Positions 19,363 to 29,549 are shown, numbered from the stretch's first letter. The stretch: DNA of 64,000 bases from an uncultured cyanobacterium (GCA_963744145.1 CAVUSO010000001.1:6912001-6976000), one strand, 5' to 3'. Translations and numbers: made by a program. Notes: generated by a model not told the origin, from the sequence alone.

Positions 19363-20748
19363 ATGGACGTTAATGAAATCTTAAAACTTACAGATGAGCT
19401 AGTTTTTACCAAGATGGGGAAGCATTTAGATTATCTGCAAAAAGCTATATTAAAAGGAACTTTGCTAAATCAGACCTACTCGAAAATTGCCGAAACTACT
19501 TATACAAGCGAAGGTCATGTTAGGGATGTGGGAGCAGAATTGTGGAAGATACTTTCAGAGGGATTGGGAGAAGAGGTAAGTAAAACAAATCTTAGAACAA
19601 TTTTAGAAAAAATAGAATTCAACAATTTTTCATCAGCTATTATTAGTGGTAATGTAACAGTTAATAACGTTAATTTTTGCGAAGAAAAAGCGCCTAAATT
19701 TCCTGAAAACCACCACCAACCAAAAACTAAACCCCATATAGACTTAGGAGAAGCACCCGAAATAGTTAGTTTTTACGGACGGACTGAGGAACTGACTAGA
19801 TTAGAAAATTGGATACTGGAAGAACACTGTCGCTTTGTGACAATATTGGGAATTAATGGGATCGGAAAAACAGCTCTTTCTATTCGTCTAATCGAGCAAA
19901 TAAAAACTCACTTTGATTACGTTATTTACCGAAGTCTACGTTTTGCACCTACCCTAGATTTAACTCTAAACAACCTGTTGCAAATATTCTCTTATCCATC
20001 TAAAAATTCTGCGCTCAAAAAATCAACTTCTGACCATATTGATATCCTAATTTCTGAACTAATTAAACACTTCCGACAGAATCGCTGCTTGATCGTATTA
20101 GATGATGCTCAAGCACTTTTTAGTAGTAAACAACTAGCCGGACAATACAAGCGTAATTATGAAAATTATTATCTTTTTTTTAACTTAATTATAGCAACTT
20201 CTCATCAAAGTTGTTTGCTATTAAATAGCAGGGAAAAGCCTAGAGAAGTTGTGAAAGTAAAAAAAGAAAACAATCCTTTGCGTTGTTTGGTATTAGCAAG
20301 TTTAGGAATAGCAGCTAAAGAAATTTTACAAGAACAGCAGTTAACCGATGAAACAACCTGGGAAAAATTAATTAATATCTATCAAGGTAATCCTCGATGG
20401 TTAGAGTTTACTACAACTATGATCCAAGAGGTATGTGGTAGTAGTGTTGCTAACTTTTTGCAATACGATATGCCAATTTTAGCTGAACCATTACAAGTAG
20501 ACTTAGATCAACATTTTCAGCGTTTAACTCCGCAAGAACAAGCGATAATGATTCAGCTCACCAAAGAGAGTGAACCGATTACTTTACTGCAATTGATGGA
20601 AAAAATCAATTTATCTTCTTCTGAATCACTGAATGCTATGCAATCTCTAGGACGCCGATTTTTATTAGATGGAATTCAGCAGGAGAATGGATTTTTTTTC
20701 ACTTTGGAGACAGTGATCAAACAGTATGTGAAAAATCGGTATTTGTAA
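19363..20748 (+). CDS. STAND ATPase: N-terminal HTH (vWA-MoxR-associated type) + NB-ARC, no C-terminal WD40/TPR sensor
   Basis: LDYLQKAILKG...TYSKIAE...ELWKILSE; FYGRTEEL; Walker A GINGIGKT; Walker B LIVLDD; YQGNP. Confidence 0.85.
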   Translation: MDVNEILKLTDELVFTKMGKHLDYLQKAILKGTLLNQTYSKIAETTYTSEGHVRDVGAELWKILSEGLGEEVSKTNLRTILEKIEFNNFSSAIISGNVTVNNVNFCEEKAPKFPENHHQPKTKPHIDLGEAPEIVSFYGRTEELTRLENWILEEHCRFVTILGINGIGKTALSIRLIEQIKTHFDYVIYRSLRFAPTLDLTLNNLLQIFSYPSKNSALKKSTSDHIDILISELIKHFRQNRCLIVLDDAQALFSSKQLAGQYKRNYENYYLFFNLIIATSHQSCLLLNSREKPREVVKVKKENNPLRCLVLASLGIAAKEILQEQQLTDETTWEKLINIYQGNPRWLEFTTTMIQEVCGSSVANFLQYDMPILAEPLQVDLDQHFQRLTPQEQAIMIQLTKESEPITLLQLMEKINLSSSESLNAMQSLGRRFLLDGIQQENGFFFTLETVIKQYVKNRYL

Positions 20749-20956
20749 GTAAGTTAAGGAATATATTTCAGTCTGTCAAGAAAATAGCATCAATTTTTAC
20801 TACCAAATTAGGACACAATACGGTTCATTTAAGGATATTTTGAGGGATCTGGGCGTAGAACTGGGTAACCTTTCGAGCGATCAATTGGATATATTCCCAA
20901 AATCGTTAATCATTTTTGAGTTACTCTAAAGATATAGTCGATCAGGTAACCTGGTT

Positions 20957-21205
20957 ATGAGTGTCATCATCTCAGATGAAATCCTGCACGCATCTCAACT
21001 TACAGCAAGCGAGTTTCGTCAAGAAATAGCATTATATCTTTTTCAGACAGGCCGTTTAACATTGGGCTATGCTAGTAGATTGGCAGATTTACCCATAGAT
21101 GCTTTTCGCCAACTTTTGAAGCAGCGAAAGATTGCACTTTATTCCTATGCTGTTGAAGATTTTGAACTGGATGTGAAGAATCTAAGGGAGTTGGGACGAT
21201 TTTGA
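20957..21205 (+). CDS. UPF0175 family antitoxin
   Basis: EFRQEIALYLFQTGRLTLGYASRLA. Confidence 0.85.
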   Translation: MSVIISDEILHASQLTASEFRQEIALYLFQTGRLTLGYASRLADLPIDAFRQLLKQRKIALYSYAVEDFELDVKNLRELGRF

Positions 21206-21360
21206 TTGTCATTAGCGATACCTCAGTCATCACAAATTTGGCGGCAATTGACTATTTAAAACTTCTACCTGTTCTCTATGAACAAATCACGATTCTAAAG
21301 GAATATATTTTAGCTTGGATTAGATTGCTCGCGATCGCTATAGTTACGATGAGAGGGTAA
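21202..21360 (+). pseudogene. DUF3368/PIN-like toxin N-terminal fragment
   Basis: TTG overlapping the antitoxin stop: (M)IVISDTSVITNLAAIDYLKLLPVLYEQI, truncated. Confidence 0.75.
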
Positions 21361-21379
21361 AATTAGGGCGGTAATATAT

Positions 21380-21616
21380 ATGTTACAAACAATTGAAGGA
21401 ATCTATAAAAACGGTACAATTGAGTTGACAGAAGTTCCCCAGGGAATTTTTGAAAGCCGGGTGATTGTGACGTTTCTATCGGGACAACCAAAGCTGACCG
21501 CCAGAGCAATAATGCACTTTGGGATGTTTGCTGGAGCTAACCAATCGACAACGGAGGAGGATTTTCAATTGGCAGAGTTTCAAGGAGATGCAGCAGATGG
21601 TTTGGATTGGTCATAG
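21380..21616 (+). CDS. Small putative antitoxin (DUF104-like)
   Basis: MLQTIEGIYKNGTIEL...VIVTFL; lies upstream of a VapC fragment. Confidence 0.7.
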   Translation: MLQTIEGIYKNGTIELTEVPQGIFESRVIVTFLSGQPKLTARAIMHFGMFAGANQSTTEEDFQLAEFQGDAADGLDWS

Positions 21617-21622
21617 GTGGTT

Positions 21623-21706
21623 ATGAGATTTGTCGTCGATACTCATGCTCTAATCTGGTTTCTAGAGGGAAATTCTCGGTTAGGTCAAACAGCAGCTCTT
21701 CCCTGA
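21623..21706 (+). pseudogene. VapC/PIN toxin N-terminal fragment
   Basis: MRFVVDTHALIWFLEGNSRL, cut off at the junction with the iscB remnant. Confidence 0.75.
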
Positions 21707-21783
21707 TTCAACAACAGCCGTGCTTGTGCTGGATGAACAGGATTAATTGGGCGCTTGTTGGTATCGATTACAAAAACTTGCAT
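21685..21783 (-). pseudogene. iscB: IscB N-terminal (PLMP/RRXRR-domain) fragment
   Basis: MQVFVIDTNKRPINPVHPAQARLLLNQGRAAV*. Confidence 0.85.
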
Positions 21784-21799
21784 TAGACATAATTGAAAC

Positions 21800-22029
21800 T
21801 CTGATTTCTCAGGTAATTTTTTCCTCGTCAATGTTACTTAGGCTTGTTTGGCTCAACTCACTTCCTTAGCTAAATAGGGATGTTTAAAGTTGAACGGCAG
21901 AGCTACAAGCTGGAAAGCACTTGTAGGTGCCATGACCCAAGTAACGTAGTCCAATTAAGAACTGAGACTGGCCATCTCTACACTTTATGTACTGGTTGTC
22001 CAGATCTGAAAGCGTGTTTAGCGGATAGC
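21800..22029 (-). ncRNA. HEARO/IscB omega-RNA scaffold
   Basis: Minus strand gctatccgc...ccagtctcag...ctacgtt...ggtcatggcacctacaagtgctttccagcttgtagctctgccg...ttaaaca...aaggaagtg...caagcc..taacattgacgaggaaaaaattacc directly upstream of the iscB start. Confidence 0.85.
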
Positions 22030-22051
22030 TAGGCAAGAAATAATTTATTTT

Positions 22052-22357
22052 TTATTTACCTCCATAATAAAAAGCAATTTCTTTATCTTTAAGAGGAGCA
22101 AAGTCAGCATCTTTGAGCTTTTGATTAAGTTGTTCTAAGGGAAGATGTTTAGCACCAATCCGGACAATGCGCGATCGCATGGTATTTGAGACCCCACTGC
22201 GTTGCCGTCCCGCTTCGATGGCCATTACTTCATGATATAATTCTAATTTAGCCTGGGGGATGGGGGTGCCATCAAAGTCAATTCCTTGGGCGATCGCTTC
22301 ATCGATCGCATCAGCACCTGTAGTGCTTTGTGTAACTGAGCTAGGTTCAATAGTCAT
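22052..22357 (-). CDS. DUF4090 family protein (Ssr1528-like)
   Basis: GADAIDEAIAQGIDFDGTPIP...RQRSGVSNTMRSRIVRIGAKH. Confidence 0.85.
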   Translation of the reverse strand: MTIEPSSVTQSTTGADAIDEAIAQGIDFDGTPIPQAKLELYHEVMAIEAGRQRSGVSNTMRSRIVRIGAKHLPLEQLNQKLKDADFAPLKDKEIAFYYGGK

Positions 22358-22414
22358 AGGAAATTCAAAAAAGTTTATTACCGAATTTTACCAGTAGATA
22401 GGAAAAGAACATTT

Positions 22415-23422
22415 TTATTCTTCCATCCGAATCATCTCACCAATTTGGGCAGAGCGACGGGCAGCATCAGCAATTTTGAGAGTATATAAGCTCTCCCCAG
22501 GTGTAATATATAAAGGTGTACCTGCGGTTAAATAATCTAAAATCATTTTTGTTTCTTTAGCAAACAGACCTTGACGACTAGCAACTGCGATCGATCGCTC
22601 CTGTTCTTCCCTAATTAATTTACCAGTTTCAGGAGTAAAAATCAGATTACCCCCATCTCCATAGACGATAAAAGTTTGTTCTTTTTGCCAAAAAGTTTCC
22701 CCTTTACCATAAACAACTTCTCCGATCACACCATTAGTAAAGCCTAATTGAGCATGGCACCAACAGGCTCGATAAAAATCTGTTTCTGGAACATCCCAAT
22801 ATCTTTCAACACAATTCACACTTGTGACTTGACCAAATAAATCGATCAAACGGTGGAGACGGGAAAGGGCACCAATTAAAGGAAAACCAAATAATTCTCG
22901 TTGATAAGACCATTTCTGGGGTGCTGGTCGTTGAGGACTGATGGTCACATAACGGGCAAAGAACGCTGATCCAATTGTGGGTAAGGATTGTTTGAGTGCT
23001 TGATGTAAACCACCGAGGAGTTCAATATGGGCAACATGAAGTAATAGTTGACTTTGAGTCGCTAAAGTAATCAGCTCTTGGGCTTCAACTACATCTAAAG
23101 CAAGAGGATATTCAACTACAATATGCTTACCCGCTGCCAGAGCGGCTCGGGCGATCGCTCCGTGTTCGTAACTAGCACTACAAATTATGATCAAATCCAG
23201 ATCAGTCCTAGTCACCAAATCGAGCCAGGGATGATCCATTTCAAGCTGATAGGTTTGAGCAAAAACTTGCGTGTGGGCTAGATCATGACCAGCAACAGCT
23301 AGTAAAAGCGATCGGGGGTCAGCTTGTAAAGCTTGGGCTCGATGTTGCGCTACATAACCAGTTCCTACCAACCCAACCCTAATTGGCACATTAACACCCC
23401 GAACAAAAAAATTATTGATCAT
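22415..23422 (-). CDS. bvdR: Gfo/Idh/MocA oxidoreductase, probable biliverdin reductase
   Basis: RVGLVGTGYVA, GKHIVVEYPLA, HIELLGGLHQ, FGFPLIGALSRLHR. Confidence 0.75.
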   Translation of the reverse strand: MINNFFVRGVNVPIRVGLVGTGYVAQHRAQALQADPRSLLLAVAGHDLAHTQVFAQTYQLEMDHPWLDLVTRTDLDLIIICSASYEHGAIARAALAAGKHIVVEYPLALDVVEAQELITLATQSQLLLHVAHIELLGGLHQALKQSLPTIGSAFFARYVTISPQRPAPQKWSYQRELFGFPLIGALSRLHRLIDLFGQVTSVNCVERYWDVPETDFYRACWCHAQLGFTNGVIGEVVYGKGETFWQKEQTFIVYGDGGNLIFTPETGKLIREEQERSIAVASRQGLFAKETKMILDYLTAGTPLYITPGESLYTLKIADAARRSAQIGEMIRMEE

Positions 23423-23596
23423 GTCATCAGCTCAATTTATTGATTTTTCAGCCTATTTATTGGCAGATCTAGTGACCCTAACTTGATCGACATCCGCTTA
23501 TGTATAAGTAATTGGGATATAATTAGACATTTTTATAACTAATACGATTCAAAATATCTATTGATCAGACGTTGCAAGACTTTACTTTTCCCGTAG

Positions 23597-24001
<405 letters not shown>

Positions 24002-24085
24002 GATTTGTAACCAGTGACAGTTGGTGAAAAACCCGATAACTGGCAATATCGGCTATTGCTCTTGCATCCCTTCAAGCAAATCTCC

Positions 24086-24221
24086 AAAGTAGCCACCGAC
24101 TCAATTGAGCAAGTGGGTAGCGGGTTGCTGACTAACCCTTTAAGAAAAAAGCTTTGGACGGATTTATCCTCAAAAGCTTTTCCTTAAGAATCCCCGCGTC
24201 TTTTAGACTAGGGAGTGTCAA
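24086..24221 (+). mobile_element. IS200/IS605-family remnant: tnpB C-terminal codons and right end (omega-RNA region)
   Basis: KVATDSIEQVGSGLLTNPLRKKLW...* then aagaatccccgcgtcttttagactagggagtgtcaa, a typical cyanobacterial IS605 right-end hairpin ending TCAA. Confidence 0.7.
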
Positions 24222-24251
24222 CTCATGTTAACATTTAGAGAGGATAACTAA

Positions 24252-24551
<300 letters not shown>

Positions 24552-24566
24552 GGTCTGAATTGAATC

Positions 24567-24606
24567 AGTCAGGAGATAAATTTTATGACCATTCTCCTGA
24601 CTTTTT
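24567..24606 (+). terminator. Putative terminator after second petF
   Basis: agtcaggaga/tctcctgact stem + T tract. Confidence 0.55.
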
Positions 24607-24620
24607 CCCAGCAAGTTAGA

Positions 24621-26327
24621 TTAATGAGTTGGAGATGTGGGAGGACGCCAAAATACGATGGAGTTATTTAAAGATTGAACTTGAGTACCGGGATAATAAA
24701 AACTGAGAATCCGACTACTTGACCAACCCAGGTCAGCTAATTTGTAAGAACCGATCTGACTTAATCCTATTCCATGTCCATATCCACCACCGACAAAGGT
24801 ATAGCCCTTGAGAGTTTTCTGATCTTCGTAAATCGGCTCTAAGTAAAAAAGGGTGCTAATTGGTGGCTCAAAAGCATTACGAATATCATCTTTATTAATT
24901 TCAATTGGACCTCGATCGGTTTGCACAACCACTTGCAAAACTCGTCCTGATTTACTGCGTTGTCGGATTTGGATCTCTTGGATCGATTGAAAATTAGCTA
25001 GAGGACTTTGCCTTTTTTGCAGAAATCGTTTGAGAAATTCTGTGATTGCTGGTAGAGTTGCACTCTCTTGCCAGCGAAAAAGATCTGAGTCTGACTCATT
25101 AAATCCCTTTTTTAAACTCATGAAACGACGAAAGGTTTTTTCATCAGCCAAATTTTCTTGTGATAAATCCCAGACCTGGTCTACCGCGTCCAATCTTGAG
25201 GATAGATAAGGACGTTCTGGTCCATTCCAAATATCGTTAAAACTAGCCGTGATGCCCCCAGTTGCAGCAGAATAAAGAGCATCAACTAATTCGTTTTGAT
25301 AGGTGAGTACCTGTTTATTAGTAGCCGCGATCGCCTGATCTGCTAGCTCCGATGTGCCATTAAGTCCTTCATATACCTGGCAATCGGTACTAGCACACAT
25401 TTCATAGTCATCAATGAGAAACCTGCGTAAGTTACGCAACGCATAAGTACGAGCAAGAATTGTTTGAGCTTCGATCGCTGCATAAGGAGCAGCACCAATT
25501 TCATGGGGTACTACTCCCCGCAAATAGGTTTCGACGGGGACTTGGTTAACTAAAGTATAGGTGCCGTAAGCATTAGGCTGTAATTGGAAAAAACCACCAT
25601 AAATACCATTTGCCTGACTATCTTGATTAGGATTATGGCTAATTTGCATGATCCCTTGACCAGAGGTGATTTTTAATTGGTTGCGATTGTACCGAAAACC
25701 ATTAATTACCCAATTGGCTTGTGGTTTTTGCTGCCAGATTTTACTATCTAAATAAGCAGTGGTATTGCCATTAGTCCGCAAACTATCCAACAACATTCGT
25801 CTCAGCAAGGGTGTTCGATAAATATCACGTTTAGCCCAAATTTGCCAGCGATCGGGCTGGGCGATTTCCACTTCTATTCCTTTACTGCGCCATTGTTGGG
25901 TATTATTTTCTGCACCTTCAAAGCTGCGATAGGTACCAAGCACTACTCTTTCTTCCAGCCTTGGAGGATCTAATGGTTTCATCGCTATTTCTAACTTAAC
26001 ACTATCAGTGCTAAGGTTTTGAGGCTGAAAATTACCACTCAAAAATTGTAAGGTTAGGCGATCGCCCGGGAGCGCTTTAAAAATTATTTGGTCTGTTGGT
26101 TTCTCTCCAAATCGCTGTACTACCCCGACTTTAATTTCTAAATCCGCCGCATTTTGAGCCGATGTTTCGACTTCGCTCAACACAAGTGTTTCGACTTCGC
26201 TCAACACAAGTCCTGCTTTAGTTGTCAGTGCCAAAATCCAGGTTAGACCTAGTAAACTCCCCCAGATCACTCTGCTAATGCTAGGGTTGGGAGTAATTTG
26301 CTCAGTCTGTTTAATTTTAATTTGCAT
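24621..26327 (-). CDS. SpoIID/LytB domain protein (amidase enhancer)
   Basis: ETYLRGVVPHEIG, AQTILARTYAL, CQVYEG, GGGYGHGIGLSQ. Confidence 0.92.
   Translation of the reverse strand: MQIKIKQTEQITPNPSISRVIWGSLLGLTWILALTTKAGLVLSEVETLVLSEVETSAQNAADLEIKVGVVQRFGEKPTDQIIFKALPGDRLTLQFLSGNFQPQNLSTDSVKLEIAMKPLDPPRLEERVVLGTYRSFEGAENNTQQWRSKGIEVEIAQPDRWQIWAKRDIYRTPLLRRMLLDSLRTNGNTTAYLDSKIWQQKPQANWVINGFRYNRNQLKITSGQGIMQISHNPNQDSQANGIYGGFFQLQPNAYGTYTLVNQVPVETYLRGVVPHEIGAAPYAAIEAQTILARTYALRNLRRFLIDDYEMCASTDCQVYEGLNGTSELADQAIAATNKQVLTYQNELVDALYSAATGGITASFNDIWNGPERPYLSSRLDAVDQVWDLSQENLADEKTFRRFMSLKKGFNESDSDLFRWQESATLPAITEFLKRFLQKRQSPLANFQSIQEIQIRQRSKSGRVLQVVVQTDRGPIEINKDDIRNAFEPPISTLFYLEPIYEDQKTLKGYTFVGGGYGHGIGLSQIGSYKLADLGWSSSRILSFYYPGTQVQSLNNSIVFWRPPTSPTH
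26163..26210. repeat. Tandem 24-bp small dispersed repeat inserted in frame in SpoIID (LVLSEVET x2)
   Basis: tgtttcgacttcgctcaacacaag x2. Confidence 0.85.
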
Positions 26328-26369
26328 ACTTTTCTACAATTTAGCTGGAGCAAGTTTACCGAAAAATAT

Positions 26370-26648
26370 ATGGCCAACCAAACTCCTCGCGATCGCTATC
26401 AAGCTACTCCCACCCCTAAAAAATCTCAATATGCCCGCTTAAAAGCCGAAGCTAAAGCACCCTATCGCGGTTTACGAAAATTTATTTATGTCGCTTTTGC
26501 TGCTTCTGGTGGAATTGGTGCCCTGGTTTTTGTCACTCAATTAATTGCTGGTCGCGAAGTTGATTCTGCCTTACCTAATTTTGCACTCCAACTGGGATTA
26601 GTTGTCTTGATGATTTGGTTATTTCGTGTAGATCAATCCCAGTCTTAA
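26370..26648 (+). CDS. DUF3493 protein (LPA1-like)
   Basis: RLKAEAKAPYRGLRKFIYVAFAASGGIGA. Confidence 0.85.
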   Translation: MANQTPRDRYQATPTPKKSQYARLKAEAKAPYRGLRKFIYVAFAASGGIGALVFVTQLIAGREVDSALPNFALQLGLVVLMIWLFRVDQSQS

Positions 26649-26658
26649 AGCGACAGAA

Positions 26659-26683
26659 GCTTGGCCAAAAAAACTGGCCAAGC
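26659..26683. terminator. Hairpin between convergent genes
   Basis: gcttggcca..tggccaagc. Confidence 0.5.
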
Positions 26684-26725
26684 CTGGTTTGGTTTATAAT
26701 CAACTGGAGCAATCGCGAAAACTAA

Positions 26726-28360
26726 TTAGGGACTTGTCACCAAATAGGGGGAAGAAATGGCACTTGCTTTACCAGCATTAACTAAAGCTTGATAGACAAA
26801 GGCGGCCACATCAGCTCGAGTTGCTTGTTGACTAGGATTTAATTGATTAACTTGGGGATAATTAATCACCAATTGTGAGGTGACCGCACCAGCGATCGCG
26901 GTAGTTGCCCAACTCGGAATTTGATTAGCATCAGTAAATACTGATAGCACCCCTGTATTATTAGAGCGCAGATTTAATCCACTTACCAACGCCACTAGTA
27001 CCTGTACCCTGGGAATCGCTTGATTGGGTAAAAACGTCCCATCCGTATAGCCGGATAGGAAACCACCCTGACAAGTATCTTTAATTGCTTGATAACCCCA
27101 AAAACTACTGCTGACATCGGGAAAATCACTGCAAGATTTCTGGGATGTGGGAACAAAAGCTTTATCAATAATCGCTGCAATTTGGGCTCTGGTGACTGGA
27201 TCATTGGGACGATAGGTGCCATCTGGGAATCCAGCAATAATCCCTTTTCCCGATAGCGCTCGGATATAAGCTTCAGCCCAGTTCCCAGTAATATCAGTTA
27301 AACTACCTGATGGTACTTGAGCCGCTACAAAGTTCACCCGACCCGATATGCGACTTTGGTTAATATCATTGCCAACGGCTGAAATAGTTATATTCGAGGT
27401 GGCATTATAAACATCATAATTGCCATTATTGCGAATCAGATTTTGACCTGGAGAAGTGCCATTTCCTAAATCAGGTTGAGCATTACTAATCGCAATCACC
27501 CCGTACTGAGTATTTCCTTGAATGACATTATTCCGCAATACTGGTTGGGCTGAATTAGAAACGACTATTCCATCTACGTTTTGAGTGATTTGGTTATTGC
27601 TAATTAAGGTTGAACTATTGTCACCCACCGCAATCCCATATCCAGTGTTTTGAAATACATTATTCTGAATTGTTCCCGCCGAGGATCTGGTTAAAGAAAT
27701 ACCATTACCACTATTTTTGGTGAAAATATTATTGGTGATGAGCGGAGCCCCTGTACCAGTCACAAAAATCCCTTCTCTGGCACTGTTAGAAAAGGTATTA
27801 TTCGCGATCGTTGGGGTAGTTGATTCCACCCACAGTCCTGTCCCACGAGTGTTGGGATTAGAAATGGTTAGTCCTCTCACTTCACTGCTAGAATTGGCTA
27901 CAATTGTGACACTTTGACTCGCAAAGCTAGGGCTAATATAAGTACCCCCACCAGTCACAATTGTGGTTTGACCTTTCGTGGATTCATCACCTTTTAAAAT
28001 TACTCCGGATGGGACTGTTAAAGGAAAGGTCTCCTGGGTGTATTGACCAGGAGCTACCTGCACCACTGCACCAGGTTGGGCTTGACTAAGCGCGTTGGTT
28101 ATAGTTTGATAAGGGCTGGTTTGACTACCGTTTCCAGAACTATCGCTGCCATTGCTCGAGTTTACATATATAATCGTACCGGTTTGAGCTATTTTTACTG
28201 TGGGTAAAGTCGGATTTGCTTGCACTGGGGGTAGAATTACTCCATTAGTGCAACCTAAGATTATACTCAGACTCGCTCCAAAAAATAGGAGATTTTTGTT
28301 ACTCCGACGGCTCGAACTAGTCTGAGATAGTTTGTTGGTAAAATCCTGGTTAATCATCAT
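26726..28360 (-). CDS. DUF1565 beta-helix protein with three SLH domains
   Basis: IYVNSSNGSD, beta-helix repeats, GIIAGFPDGTYRPNDPVTRAQ, ATRADVAAFVYQAL. Confidence 0.92.
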   Translation of the reverse strand: MMINQDFTNKLSQTSSSRRSNKNLLFFGASLSIILGCTNGVILPPVQANPTLPTVKIAQTGTIIYVNSSNGSDSSGNGSQTSPYQTITNALSQAQPGAVVQVAPGQYTQETFPLTVPSGVILKGDESTKGQTTIVTGGGTYISPSFASQSVTIVANSSSEVRGLTISNPNTRGTGLWVESTTPTIANNTFSNSAREGIFVTGTGAPLITNNIFTKNSGNGISLTRSSAGTIQNNVFQNTGYGIAVGDNSSTLISNNQITQNVDGIVVSNSAQPVLRNNVIQGNTQYGVIAISNAQPDLGNGTSPGQNLIRNNGNYDVYNATSNITISAVGNDINQSRISGRVNFVAAQVPSGSLTDITGNWAEAYIRALSGKGIIAGFPDGTYRPNDPVTRAQIAAIIDKAFVPTSQKSCSDFPDVSSSFWGYQAIKDTCQGGFLSGYTDGTFLPNQAIPRVQVLVALVSGLNLRSNNTGVLSVFTDANQIPSWATTAIAGAVTSQLVINYPQVNQLNPSQQATRADVAAFVYQALVNAGKASAISSPYLVTSP

Positions 28361-28805
28361 GGTAGTTTTCCTCCTGGTTTGGTTCTGGGTCAGGTGAGGA
28401 TTGTTCTTGGTCAGAAATATTTCACCAATAAAAATCCTTTTCTAGAAAATATAGCCGATTAACAAAGTATTAAAGTTTGCACAACTTAGGGATAGAAATT
28501 CAATAATTTGCTTGCTTGTAGTAAGTGATGAGAACGCTCAATCGCTTACTACGAACAAAATCATCAAGTTATTTATTTTTCATTCCTTAGATATTTTTAT
28601 CAAAAATCCTTGCCAATTAGTGAAGTTAAATTTCTCCACTATCTCTGATTTTCTGATCCAGACTCAGCAATTTCATGCAAGTTTATTCCTGGTTAGTGTT
28701 TTCCATTCATTGGAATGATATAATACTTTAGTCGCTCGCGATCGCAACTAAAATCACATTTTCATCCTTTCTGCTCGAAATCACCCACCCGGAAATTTTT
28801 CCCAG

Positions 28806-29477
28806 TTATGAACTTAGGCTCAGAATCGCATTTTTAGCTTCTTGGGCTACTGGCTCGCTTTCGTCTTGGGTGAGTAGCTCTAAAGTATGACGAGCTACAT
28901 CACCTCCCAAATGTGTTAGTGCTTGGACTAATCTGTAGCGAATTTGCCAATCCGCATGATCAGCATAGGGAATTAACAGGGCAACCGCAGCCACATTACC
29001 CAATTCACCAAAGGCACCAATGGCAATAGTTTGGATTAGATCATTAGAAGATGCTAAAGCATTTTCTAAAATGGTAAAAGCTCGAGGTTCACCCATTTCA
29101 CCTAAAGCAGCAATAATACTCATCTTAATTAGCCATTCTGAGGTGCTGTAGTAGAGTTTCTCTAGGTCATCGAAAGCTTGGGTGAGTTTCAATGCACCTA
29201 AAGAGTCAGCCGCAGCCGCAACTACATCAGTTTCTGGATCGTGATACAAGCGATCGCGCAGTAAGCTCAGAGCTGTATCTAAATTTTGATGACCGAGGGT
29301 AGCTAGCTGACTCACTGCGACATAGCGGATACGGGCATTTTGATCCTCAAGGGCAATTTGGGCTAGTTCAAAAGCACTAGCTGGTTCTAATTGGCGTAAT
29401 TGGTTGACAGCTCGGAAGCGATCGCCTAAATCCTCCGAACCGAGTAATTTTCTGATTGAATCAGGAGTTATGCTCAT
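28806..29477 (-). CDS. nblB: HEAT-repeat phycobilisome degradation protein
   Basis: MSITPDSIRKLLGSEDLGDR...AAADSLGALK...DWQIRYRLVQAL; adjacent CBS gene. Confidence 0.8.
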   Translation of the reverse strand: MSITPDSIRKLLGSEDLGDRFRAVNQLRQLEPASAFELAQIALEDQNARIRYVAVSQLATLGHQNLDTALSLLRDRLYHDPETDVVAAAADSLGALKLTQAFDDLEKLYYSTSEWLIKMSIIAALGEMGEPRAFTILENALASSNDLIQTIAIGAFGELGNVAAVALLIPYADHADWQIRYRLVQALTHLGGDVARHTLELLTQDESEPVAQEAKNAILSLSS

Positions 29478-29549
29478 GCTGCGATCCCGATGGTATAATA
29501 ATGCTTATTGAATCACAAGTTGATCCTGCTGTCCTGATTTTTTTGATGA

